DNA from: an uncultured Halobacteriales archaeon
Lineage (GTDB): Archaea > Halobacteriota > Halobacteria > Halobacteriales > Hikarchaeaceae
Direction of reading: 5' to 3'
Assembly (NCBI GenBank): GCA_964554565.1
Contig: CAZKPC010000001.1
Coordinates: 16,956-80,955, forward strand
DNA length: 64,000 nucleotides
The translations under genes and the position numbers were made by a program. The notes beneath the pieces were generated by a model. That model did no database searches. It had not been told where the DNA came from and worked only from the letters and a program-made list of their open reading frames with translations. How positions within the stretch are numbered: position 1 is the first letter of the stretch; each line of letters opens with the position of its first letter. Shown here piece after piece: positions 37,191-45,477 of this stretch.

Positions 37191-37934
37191 ATGCCTATCA
37201 CTCCTGAGGACCTTCCGCTGGTCATGGACACCAACCCCGACCGGCCGGAGGCTCTCTCACGCCGGTCGGTCCTCGCGGGCGTCGGCGCGCTGGCCGGGAC
37301 CGCCCTCGCCGGTTGTCTCGGGAACGGACAGTCGGGCGGCGAGGGGACCACCGGGGGCGGAACCCCGATCGCGGACCACCCGGCCGGAGCCGGGCTTGGC
37401 GAGCAGCCGCTGAAGGGCCCGGATCCGCTCGAATCAGCCGCGGCCATCGTCGCGTTCGAGGACCCGTCCTGTACGCGGTGTCGTGCGTTCGAGCGGGAGA
37501 CGGTCCCTCGGATCGAGCAGGAACTCATCGAGCCAGGCCAAGCTTCGCTGGTCTTCCGAGGCTATCCGGTCGTTTACGAGTGGGGTGGGCCCGCCACCCA
37601 TGCGCTGGAGGCGACGTTCGACCGTGATGCGAACGCGTTCTGGGCCTTGAAGGACCACTACTACGAAACCCAGCCGGACTTCGATACCGGGAACGTCCTG
37701 GAGTTGACCCAGGAGTTCCTCGCCACGGAAACGGATGTCGACGCCGGCGCGGTGATCGATGCCGTCGAAACGGGGGCAACCGACGATGCGGTGCAGAACG
37801 ATCTCGATGCCGGAATGAACGCGGGTGCGGGACGGACGACTCCGACCCTCTTCCTGTTCCGGGACGGCCAGTACCAGACGAAAACCGCCGGCAGCGTCAG
37901 CTTCTCGGTCGTGAAGAACGCTCTGGGGCTGTGA
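37191..37934 (+). CDS. Tat-exported lipoprotein with DsbA/thioredoxin-like domain
   Basis: Tat motif SRRSVLAG, lipobox LAGC, a Gly/Thr-rich linker and a thioredoxin-fold CxxC (FEDPSCTRCRAFE). Confidence 0.8.
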   Translation: MPITPEDLPLVMDTNPDRPEALSRRSVLAGVGALAGTALAGCLGNGQSGGEGTTGGGTPIADHPAGAGLGEQPLKGPDPLESAAAIVAFEDPSCTRCRAFERETVPRIEQELIEPGQASLVFRGYPVVYEWGGPATHALEATFDRDANAFWALKDHYYETQPDFDTGNVLELTQEFLATETDVDAGAVIDAVETGATDDAVQNDLDAGMNAGAGRTTPTLFLFRDGQYQTKTAGSVSFSVVKNALGL

Positions 37935-37941
37935 GCGCGAC

Positions 37942-38529
37942 ATGAACGTCCGCCTGCCCATTCGGCCCGCCGATTGGCGCTTGATGGGCCGGACCGCCCG
38001 GCTAGTGCTGGGCCTGCCAGCTTACGCGGTGTTCGCGCTGGTAGCCGCCCTCGTCGGGCTGACCGTGTTCGTCGTGAGCCAGAACCTCGCGCTCGTGGGC
38101 GACGTGGTCCTCGGGGGCGGGCTACCACTCGAGAACCGCCTCGCCGTGCTCCTGGGGCTCTATCCGTTCTTGGGGACATCGTTCAGCCTCGTCCAGGGCC
38201 TCGCGCTGCTGGTCATCGCCGCCCTCCTCGGGATCGACCTCGCGATGGTGGCCTACCACGTCCGCGAACACGGCCTGACGCTCGAATCCGGCGGCGGTAG
38301 CGCCGTCGGCGCGCTGCTCGGGACGCTCGGGGCCGGCTGTGCGGCCTGCGGGCCCGCGGTACTGGTCGGCCTGCTCTCGTTGTTCGGGGCGGCCGGGGCG
38401 CTGACGCTCCTGCCCTTCGAGGGTCTGGAGTTGACGGGCGTGGCCGCGATCGCGCTCCTGCTCTCGATCTACTGGATCGCCGAAGGGATGCGGGGTGGCA
38501 TGATCCGGGGCTGTCCGGTCGACCTCTGA
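37942..38529 (+). CDS. Polytopic membrane protein with an intramembrane CxxC (GAGCAACGP) and a C-terminal Cys, function unknown
   Basis: The ATG lies 7 nt after the DsbA-like stop. 4-5 hydrophobic helices and three Cys in total (CAAC plus RGCPVDL). No family recognised. Confidence 0.65.
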   Translation: MNVRLPIRPADWRLMGRTARLVLGLPAYAVFALVAALVGLTVFVVSQNLALVGDVVLGGGLPLENRLAVLLGLYPFLGTSFSLVQGLALLVIAALLGIDLAMVAYHVREHGLTLESGGGSAVGALLGTLGAGCAACGPAVLVGLLSLFGAAGALTLLPFEGLELTGVAAIALLLSIYWIAEGMRGGMIRGCPVDL

Positions 38530-38557
38530 GTTCCCGTCCGAAGCTGCAGTTCCGGGG

Positions 38558-39364
38558 TCACTCCGGCGTGTCGGCCGGATCGGTGACTTCGCCGGCGGCC
38601 TCGTCGATACCGACTCGATCACACAGCTCGTACAGCGGGCAGGCCTCCGGGCCCTCCAGGCAGGCCGGCTGGCGGGCGGAACAGACGTCGCGGCCGAACT
38701 GGATGCTGGCGGTATGGCCGAACCCGCACTTCTCCGGGGGCACGTCGCGTTCCAGGACGGCCCGGACGGTTTCGTGATCGGCGTCGGGGGGCGCGATGCC
38801 CATCCGACGGAAGATGCGATAGACGTGCGTGTCGACGGGGAACACGCCCGTCCGCCCACCTGAGAACAGGAGGACGCAGTCCGCGGTCTTCGGGCCGACC
38901 CCGTCCATGTCGAGCAGCGTTTCGCGAACGGTAGTCGGGTCACGATCGGTGACGAACTCGTCGAACGCATCGGCCCCGCCGTACTCCCCACGGACCCGTT
39001 CGGCCAACCGGATGAGGGTTCGAGCTTTCTGGTTGTAAAGCCCGGCGTGGCGGATCGTGTCCGCGAGGACGTCCGCGTCCGCGTCGGCAAGTGCGGCGGC
39101 GAGATCATCGCCGCCGTAACGGTCCATCAGGGCGTCGTGAGCGGGTTGGCTCGCCTTGTCGCTCGTGTTCTGGGAGAGGACCGTCCGAACGAGACACTCG
39201 AACGAGGCCTGGCCCCCATACGTTTTCCGCCAATAACGCTGGCCGAGCCGGTCCACGACCGCCTCCGCCGTGGTCTCGGCGTCCCCCGGCACGAACGGCT
39301 GCTCCGCCTCAGTACGCTCGGTGCCGCCGGCGATGTTCTCGCTCGGTTCTCCGTCGGTGGGCAT
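38558..39364 (-). CDS. nth: Endonuclease III (HhH-GPD DNA glycosylase/AP lyase)
   Basis: HhH motif LLDMDGVGPKTADCVLLF and a C-terminal 4-Cys iron-sulfur loop (CSARQPACLEGPEACPLYELC). Confidence 0.9.
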   Translation of the reverse strand: MPTDGEPSENIAGGTERTEAEQPFVPGDAETTAEAVVDRLGQRYWRKTYGGQASFECLVRTVLSQNTSDKASQPAHDALMDRYGGDDLAAALADADADVLADTIRHAGLYNQKARTLIRLAERVRGEYGGADAFDEFVTDRDPTTVRETLLDMDGVGPKTADCVLLFSGGRTGVFPVDTHVYRIFRRMGIAPPDADHETVRAVLERDVPPEKCGFGHTASIQFGRDVCSARQPACLEGPEACPLYELCDRVGIDEAAGEVTDPADTPE

Positions 39365-39377
39365 TGTCAGTCCCGGC

Positions 39378-39857
39378 TCAGTCGATCCGGCCCCATTCTC
39401 CGCGGAAATACGTCAGCGCCGGGGCCTCGGGCCGCTGTATATCCGCTTCCTCGACGCGCCCGACATAAACCGTGTGGTCACCGGCCTCGTGAGCCGCTTC
39501 GACCGTGGTATCGATGAACCCCAGCGCCCGCTCGAACACTGCGCTCCCCGAAGGAGCCTGCCGCGTCGCTTCAGTTTCGAACGGGCTCGACTCCAGCTCG
39601 CGCATGCCGGCGAAGTATTCGCCGAGGTGGCGCTGGTCAGCCGCGAGCAGGTTGACACAGTAGCCCGCCGTATCCCCATCGAGCCGTTCGTAGGCCTCGG
39701 TATCGTGGTCGATGCAGATCAGGACGAGCATCGGCGAGAGCGAGACGCTGGCGAACGCATTGACGGTGATCCCGTGATCGGGATCGGGCAGCGTGACGAC
39801 AGTTACCCCGGCCGCGAAGTTGCCCATGACACGACGGAACTCGTCGGAGTCAACCAT
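39378..39857 (-). CDS. Flavin reductase (NAD(P)H:FMN oxidoreductase, split-barrel)
   Basis: The N-terminal motif FRRVMGNFAAGVTVVT is typical of HpaC-like flavin reductases. The start is ambiguous: ATG 39857 is preferred, with ATG 39911 as the alternative. Confidence 0.8.
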   Translation of the reverse strand: MVDSDEFRRVMGNFAAGVTVVTLPDPDHGITVNAFASVSLSPMLVLICIDHDTEAYERLDGDTAGYCVNLLAADQRHLGEYFAGMRELESSPFETEATRQAPSGSAVFERALGFIDTTVEAAHEAGDHTVYVGRVEEADIQRPEAPALTYFRGEWGRID

Positions 39858-39940
39858 AGCGGTCCGTCCACTCGGGAGGCTCGTAAACCTGTCCGTCGGC
39901 CGCTGAAACATTGCGGCGACGGCGGCGGGGGCGGACTGCC

Positions 39941-40357
39941 TCAACCGCTAACCTGCAACGCCAGCTGGAGCGGCTCCCCGGCCGCCAACTGATCGACCAT
40001 GTCTCGCGGGAGATCGGCCGCGGCCGCGTTCGCCTGGACCATGACGGTCCGATCGTCCACGTAATCGCTGGTTCGACCGACGAGGGACCGGTCGCTGGCG
40101 AACGTCAGAGACTCGTGACCGCGACCGAGCACGCTCGTCGACTGCTCACCGATGGCCAGCCTGGCTTCGATCCTCGTATCGGACGATCGACAGGCCCTCA
40201 CGAAGGCGGGATCGAAGTCCGCCGGCGCTCGATCGGCATTGATGCCCAAGATACAGTCCCCTGCCGGCGTCAGGTAGTCGTCGGTAGAGACCTCGAAAGT
40301 GCTTTGATGGGTCGCTGACACGTTCGCGTGGCCGGTCGCGCGAACCCGTTCCTCCAT
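39941..40357 (-). CDS. DUF371-like conserved archaeal protein
   Basis: The pattern ATHQSTFEVSTDDYLTPAGDCILGI matches my recollection of the DUF371 family (unverified); 138 aa. Confidence 0.7.
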   Translation of the reverse strand: MEERVRATGHANVSATHQSTFEVSTDDYLTPAGDCILGINADRAPADFDPAFVRACRSSDTRIEARLAIGEQSTSVLGRGHESLTFASDRSLVGRTSDYVDDRTVMVQANAAAADLPRDMVDQLAAGEPLQLALQVSG

Positions 40358-40650
40358 GGGCCGACGTAGCTCGGGGTGGCGTTAAATCGTGGGATCCGAG
40401 CAGTCATCGTGCCAACTGTTCACTTAACGCATCGAAAACCGACAGATGGCGCAGGGTTTTCCCAGCTGTCAGGAGCGAAACGATTAACTGGCCGAGGGAT
40501 TTACCAACAGTACCGAAACTGCGTCCGGCGTTTCGGCAGTATCGCCAAACAACCGATGACGGAGCGCGACCTTATCACGGCCCGCCACGTGACCCAGGAG
40601 CGCCTGCGATCGGCCGCCGGACCGGGGATGGAATCGAGGTTCAACCAATC

Positions 40651-41574
40651 ATGGTAGCGACAGAGGAACTCACGAACGAACACGACATCGAACCGATCGA
40701 CTACGACCGAAACGTCACCCTTTCTGAAGAAGATCTGGAGTCGGACTCCAAGGGCAAACTCATCAAGCTCGCCGGCCAGCTGCGCGACCGCCGGAACGAG
40801 CTCAACCAGAAAGCGTCCCGACGCGCCAGCCTCCGAGACGAACTCAACGCGAAGACCCGCGAGAAAGTCGACGAGGCTCAGGAGCACCGGCAGAAGCGCG
40901 ACGAACTCAACGACCAGGTGCAGGAGCACAAGGAGCGTCGAAACGAGCTGAACGCCGAAGCCAACCGGCTCTTCGAGGAGCTCGACGAGAAGAAGGCCGA
41001 ACTCGAACTCGACGAGGGCAAGAGCCTCGAGGACCTCGAGACGGAGATCGAGCGCCTTGAGTTCAAGCAGCAAACGGAGGTCCTCTCGCCCGAGGACGAG
41101 CGCTCGCTCATCGAGAAGATCGACGAGAAACGTGAGGAGTACCAGGAACGGAAGGCCAAGCTCGAGGAGACGGGGGAGCTCGACGACCTCCGGGAAAAGG
41201 CCCAGGAGGTCCGTGACGAGGCGTCCGAGCACCACCAGAAAGTCACGGAACTGGCCGATGAGGCCCAGGAACATCACAACCAGATGATCGAGGCCTACCG
41301 GGGGGCCGACGAGGTCCGGGACAAGGCCGACGAAGTCCACGAAATGTTCGTGGAGGCCCAGGAGCTGGCCGATCGCCATCACGAGGACTTCGTCCGGGTG
41401 CAAAAGCGGCTGCGCGAGCTCGACAAGCGCGAGGAAGAGGAACGGCAATCCGAACGCGAGAAGGAGCGGGAGGAAGCCAAGGAGGAAGCCGAGGAGATCT
41501 ACCAGAAGTTCAAGGAAGGCGAGACCCTCGAGACCGAGGACCTGATGAAACTACAGAAGGCGGGCCTCCTGTAG
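40651..41574 (+). CDS. Archaeal coiled-coil protein (highly charged, E/K/R/D-rich)
   Basis: 307 aa of near-continuous heptad-like sequence with recurring R(R/D)ELN motifs. The Leu-rich 315-aa antisense ORF is a codon-complement artefact. Confidence 0.75.
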   Translation: MVATEELTNEHDIEPIDYDRNVTLSEEDLESDSKGKLIKLAGQLRDRRNELNQKASRRASLRDELNAKTREKVDEAQEHRQKRDELNDQVQEHKERRNELNAEANRLFEELDEKKAELELDEGKSLEDLETEIERLEFKQQTEVLSPEDERSLIEKIDEKREEYQERKAKLEETGELDDLREKAQEVRDEASEHHQKVTELADEAQEHHNQMIEAYRGADEVRDKADEVHEMFVEAQELADRHHEDFVRVQKRLRELDKREEEERQSEREKEREEAKEEAEEIYQKFKEGETLETEDLMKLQKAGLL

Positions 41575-41813
41575 GGCTATCGGGATTGCTATCCGGTTCG
41601 CCGGAGAGACCGGTGCGTGTGTGAACTCGATATACAACGGACCGACGAGAGATGCCACGTTGAGTTGCCTTTCAGCCGGGGACGCTTCGGGGGTAGGCGG
41701 TCCGCATCGGACCCGAAGCCCTAGATCGTGGCGCTGAACTCCGACTCAGACTGATGCATACCGCCGGCAGAGACCGCCCGGGGACGAGAACCGGGTTGTC
41801 GACGGCACGAGAC

Positions 41814-41821
41814 TTTTAATC
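41814..41821 (+). promoter_or_regulatory. TATA-like box TTTTAATC about 29 nt before ATG 41846 (leaderless-type spacing)
   Basis: Read directly. It is the only AT-rich octamer immediately upstream of the DUF373-like gene. Confidence 0.45.
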
Positions 41822-41845
41822 TACCGCGCCGTCCGTTCGAACCAA

Positions 41846-42988
41846 ATGAGCACGCTGGTGGTGAGCGTCGACCGCGGCGGCGACGTTCGCCGGAAGGCCG
41901 ACATCGATTCGCCCGTCGTCGGCTGGGAAGCCGTGCGTGAGCTCGTCACCGAGGTCGGGCTGGCCGATCCCGAGGACAGCGCAGTCAACAGCCTGCTCGA
42001 GGCGCTACGGGTCACGCGGGATCTCGAGGAAGAGGGCGAGAGCGCCGAGGTCGCGCTCGTCTCCGGAGCGGCCGAAACAGTGGTCGGGTCGGACCGGTCG
42101 GTCGCGGCGCAGATGGACGACCTGGTCGCCGAACACAACCCGGGTTCGGTGATCGTGGTCATCGACAGTGCCGAGGACGAGCGGTTGGTTCCCATCATCG
42201 AGAGCCGCGTGCGGGTGGACTCCGTGGACCGGGTCGTGGTGCGGCAGGCCCACGACCTGGAATCGACCTACTACCTGCTCAAGCAGTTCCTGGCCGACGA
42301 AGAGCTCCGGGGGACCGTGCTTGTCCCGATCGGCGTCGCCCTCCTCGCCTTCCCGATCCTCTCATTCCTGGCCGGGACCGGCGTCGCGATCGCCGCCATC
42401 ACCGCGACTATCGGCGGTTTCCTGCTCTACAAGGGCCTCGGGATCGACGACTACTTCGAGGACCTCCCTGCGCAAGCCCGCGACGCGTTCTACTCGGGCC
42501 GGGTGTCGATCGTCACCTACGTGGTCGCCGTCGGGCTCGGGCTGATCGGGCTTTTCGCCGGGGCGCTCGGGGTCTCCTCGCTCGATAGCGAACTGGGGGT
42601 AATCGTCTCGAGTATGGGCCTCGTCTATCATAGCGTCCCCTGGCTGGCGCTGGCGGCGCTTGCCGCCTCGACTGGCCGATTGTTCGACGAAGTCATCCGG
42701 AACGAACGCGTCTCCTCGGCGTACCTCAACCTCCCGTTCGGCGTGATCGCGACGGGGATCGTAGTCCGGGGCTTCTCGGCGTACTTCCTGCAGCGCTCCG
42801 GGGCGATCAATCCCCTCTTCGCTCCCGAACTCCAGATCGGCACGCTCACCATGGCCTCGTTCCCGTTCACGCCGGAGGAACGCCTGGCGGTGTTCGTGGT
42901 GGCCGGCGTCCTCGTCAGCCTCGCCGGCGTCCGGATCGCCGCCTTCGTGAGCGGGGCCTCCTTCCCGGAACAGGAACTGGCTGAGTAG
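41846..42988 (+). CDS. DUF373-like membrane protein (soluble N-domain plus 6-7 helices)
   Basis: The N-terminus MSTLVVSVDRGGDV..SAVNSLLEAL and its architecture match my recollection of archaeal DUF373 proteins (unverified). Confidence 0.75.
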   Translation: MSTLVVSVDRGGDVRRKADIDSPVVGWEAVRELVTEVGLADPEDSAVNSLLEALRVTRDLEEEGESAEVALVSGAAETVVGSDRSVAAQMDDLVAEHNPGSVIVVIDSAEDERLVPIIESRVRVDSVDRVVVRQAHDLESTYYLLKQFLADEELRGTVLVPIGVALLAFPILSFLAGTGVAIAAITATIGGFLLYKGLGIDDYFEDLPAQARDAFYSGRVSIVTYVVAVGLGLIGLFAGALGVSSLDSELGVIVSSMGLVYHSVPWLALAALAASTGRLFDEVIRNERVSSAYLNLPFGVIATGIVVRGFSAYFLQRSGAINPLFAPELQIGTLTMASFPFTPEERLAVFVVAGVLVSLAGVRIAAFVSGASFPEQELAE

Positions 42989-43051
42989 CCAGGCCGGCCG
43001 GCCACACGCCTGAACCAGGGCTGTTTAGGCCGCCAATCGAGAACGGTTGGT

Positions 43052-43768
43052 ATGGCCGAGCCCTGGGTGAGCCTGTTCTCGGGCGGGAAGGACTCCTCGT
43101 GGTCGCTCTATCGCGCCCTGGAAACCGGCCACGAGGTCGACACCCTCGTGACGGTACACCCGGAGCCGGACTCGTTCATGTTTCACGTCCCGGCGACTCG
43201 GCTCGCCGGGCTCGCCGCGGAGAGTATCGGCCTCCCGCTGCGGGAGATCGAGTCGGAGGTGGCGGTGGATGAGGGAACCGGATCCGGCCGCCAGGGGGAT
43301 CGGGAACTGGCCCCGCTGGAGACGCACCTCGAACGCTATCGAGCGGAGGCCGGTGGGTTGGCCGGGGTGGTCGCCGGGGCGGTTGCCAGCGAGTATCAGG
43401 AGTCGCGGCTGACCGCCATGTGCGACCGCCTCGACTGCGCACTGTTCGCACCGCTCTGGGGGGTCGATCCTGAGGCCGCCGGGCGCGAGATGTTGGCAGC
43501 CGGCTTCGAAATCCACCTCGTTCGGGTGGCCGCTGACGGCCTCGATGAGACCTGGCTCGGCCGCCAGCTCGACCACGAGGCCCTCGACGACCTCGTTGAA
43601 TTGGCCGAGCGCCGTGGCGTACACGTCCTCGGGGAAGGTGGCGAATACGAGACGTTAGTGGTCGACGGGCCCCACATGGAGCGGCGGATCGAGTACGACG
43701 CGACGGCCCAGTGGGACGGCGTGCGTGGCGAGCTTCGCATCGACGAGGCCTGGCTCGACCCGGCTTGA
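43052..43768 (+). CDS. dph6: Diphthine-ammonia ligase (Dph6-type PP-loop ATP pyrophosphatase)
   Basis: N-terminal PP-loop SLFSGGKDSSWSLY and MJ0570-like domain length (238 aa). Confidence 0.8.
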   Translation: MAEPWVSLFSGGKDSSWSLYRALETGHEVDTLVTVHPEPDSFMFHVPATRLAGLAAESIGLPLREIESEVAVDEGTGSGRQGDRELAPLETHLERYRAEAGGLAGVVAGAVASEYQESRLTAMCDRLDCALFAPLWGVDPEAAGREMLAAGFEIHLVRVAADGLDETWLGRQLDHEALDDLVELAERRGVHVLGEGGEYETLVVDGPHMERRIEYDATAQWDGVRGELRIDEAWLDPA

Positions 43769-43783
43769 CCAGGCCGAACTCGC

Positions 43784-44752
43784 CTAGCGGCCGTTCGAGA
43801 TCCGGGTGTGGGCGCCGATCAGCGCCTCGTTGAGGTCGAGGTTCTCGACGCGCGTGTCCTCGTCGATGATCGTGCCCCGGAGATCACAGCCGCGGACCGT
43901 GGCGTCCGGGAACACGAGCGAGCGATCGAGGTGGGAATCCTCAACCGTGGCGCCCGGCATGACGTGTACGTTCTCCCCGAGCGTGGAGTCGGCGAGGGTG
44001 GCCGTCGCCTCGATCAGGTTCTCCCCGTCGAGCGCCCACGCGACCGCATCGAGGTACGATTGAGGGGTCCCGATGTCGTACCAGGCGCCGTCGAACGAGA
44101 ACGCGTAGACGTCGTCCCGCTCGTAGAGCCACTGGAGGAACCAGCCCGGTTCATCGGGGTTGTTGTCGCCTGACAGATACGCGTCGAACTCGGGAAGCGT
44201 CCCGGCAGGGAAACCGTAACAGGCGATTGAGACGAGCGTGCTCTTCGGGTCGTCGGGTTTCTCCTGGAAGTCGACAACCCGATCGTCCTCGATGTCGACG
44301 ACGCCGTAGGATTCAGCCCGTTCGTGGGAACCGACGTCGTAGGCCGCGAGGGCCGTACCGTCCCGGGTCTCGAAGAAGTCCAGGAAGTCAGCCACCTCGA
44401 AGGAGATCAAGTTGTCACCAGCGATGACCAGCGTGTCGTCCTCGATCCCTTCCCGGTCGATCAGCTGAGCGAGAGCCCCGACGACGCCGAACTTCTCGGA
44501 CTCCTCGGTCGTTTCTTCGACCGACAGCGTCGGCTGCTCGTACGGGCTGTCGGCGAGGTGATCTTCGAAGTCCTCGGCGAAGCGTTCGTTCGTGCTGACG
44601 TAGACGTTCTCGACCCGATCGTCGGCTTCCAGTTCGGCGAAGATCCGATCGATGACGGTGGTCTCCCCCACCGGGAGCAGCATCTTCGGCCGATGTTTGG
44701 TGATCGGCCAGAGCCGGGTTGCGTAACCGCCCGCGAGCACCACGGCGTCCAT
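43784..44752 (-). CDS. Sugar-1-phosphate nucleotidyltransferase with C-terminal left-handed beta-helix
   Basis: Start ATG 44752 (MDAVVLAGGYATRLWPIT..KMLLPV). C-terminal hexapeptide-like repeats. Confidence 0.85.
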   Translation of the reverse strand: MDAVVLAGGYATRLWPITKHRPKMLLPVGETTVIDRIFAELEADDRVENVYVSTNERFAEDFEDHLADSPYEQPTLSVEETTEESEKFGVVGALAQLIDREGIEDDTLVIAGDNLISFEVADFLDFFETRDGTALAAYDVGSHERAESYGVVDIEDDRVVDFQEKPDDPKSTLVSIACYGFPAGTLPEFDAYLSGDNNPDEPGWFLQWLYERDDVYAFSFDGAWYDIGTPQSYLDAVAWALDGENLIEATATLADSTLGENVHVMPGATVEDSHLDRSLVFPDATVRGCDLRGTIIDEDTRVENLDLNEALIGAHTRISNGR

Positions 44753-45060
44753 AACCAAGCAGACGGAACGGTCAGCGTAAGGCCTTTTCCATTCTGCGGG
44801 CCGGCGGCGACTGGTGGGAGTCAGGATGGTCGGAACGCACTCCATCCGGCTCGGTTTCCCACCCGTTCGACGTCGAGTGAACGCTTCCCCGGGATGGAGA
44901 GAGAAACCCGTGAACCGGATTTCAGTGCCGTTTCCTTCCGAACGGAACCTGAGGCGGGAGAAACCGGTGGTCGGGGACGGGAACGCAGCGACCGAATGGC
45001 CGCTATCCGGCTGTACCGCCGTGTCTGTAGAACTGGACGGCGGGACGAAAGGCGGCTCGG

Positions 45061-45420
45061 CTACCGGTTGCTGGCGCGCTCGATCCAGTCTCCGAGCCGC
45101 CCCTCGCCGATCCCGGTCGCTTCATCGAGAGTCGAGGCATCCGCCGCGGCGAGGTCACCGATGGTCTCGATCCCGGCGTCGCTCAGCCGTTCGCTGTAGG
45201 CCGGACCGATGCCCGACAGGCTGTCGACGGGCTCCGCGGTGCCCTCGTCCGGGGATCCCGTGTCGGCCGCCGGATCCGCATCGAATTCCGAGGCCGGTTC
45301 CTTGACGGCCCGCTCGCTGTCGGCGTCCGCCTCCGGCTCGACCACGACCTGGGAGCCGGGGGACCGGCTCCGGCTCGATCCGATGCCGAGGACCGCTTTC
45401 AGCTTGGAAATGAGCGCCAT
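45061..45420 (-). CDS. Helix-hairpin-helix domain protein (acidic linker plus tandem HhH)
   Basis: Start ATG 45420 (MALISKLKAVLGIG). C-terminal SGIGPAYSERLSDAGIETIGDL and ATGIGEGRLGDWI HhH motifs. Confidence 0.7.
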   Translation of the reverse strand: MALISKLKAVLGIGSSRSRSPGSQVVVEPEADADSERAVKEPASEFDADPAADTGSPDEGTAEPVDSLSGIGPAYSERLSDAGIETIGDLAAADASTLDEATGIGEGRLGDWIERASNR

Positions 45421-45477
45421 CGTGACGTCGCCTTCGACAGGGTGGCGCAAGTAGCCATCGGATTCCGTGATCGCGGC

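Noticed and set aside
35450-37528. 692-aa minus-strand ORF covering the whole aCPSF1 gene.
   Set aside because: It is antisense to an unambiguous KH/MBL/beta-CASP gene. The product is a basic, low-complexity Val/Arg/Gly/Asp-rich sequence, unlike the acidic proteome of the window.
40358-40420. tRNA-like 5-prime segment GGGCCGACGTAGCTCGGGGTGG just upstream of the DUF371-like gene.
   Set aside because: No matching D-stem closure, anticodon arm, T-arm (GTTCRANNC) or acceptor complement follows. It is not a tRNA.
40501-41448. 315-aa Leu-rich minus-strand ORF (MPFLFLALVELAQPLL...) opposite the coiled-coil gene.
   Set aside because: It is the mirror image of GAG/GAC/AAG-rich coiled-coil codons (CTC/GTC/CTT give Leu/Val). 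The plus-strand coiled-coil reading has the acidic composition expected for this organism.
44753-45060. Possibility that the 308-nt spacer is the SRP (7S) RNA gene. Its size fits and it contains a CGGAAGGAAACGG segment reminiscent of the helix-8 GGAA region.
   Set aside because: It lacks the conserved helix-8 AGCA/GNAR context, the Alu-domain motifs and 5-prime/3-prime terminal pairing. The resemblance is limited to a few nucleotides. It is kept only as an unclassified structured spacer.
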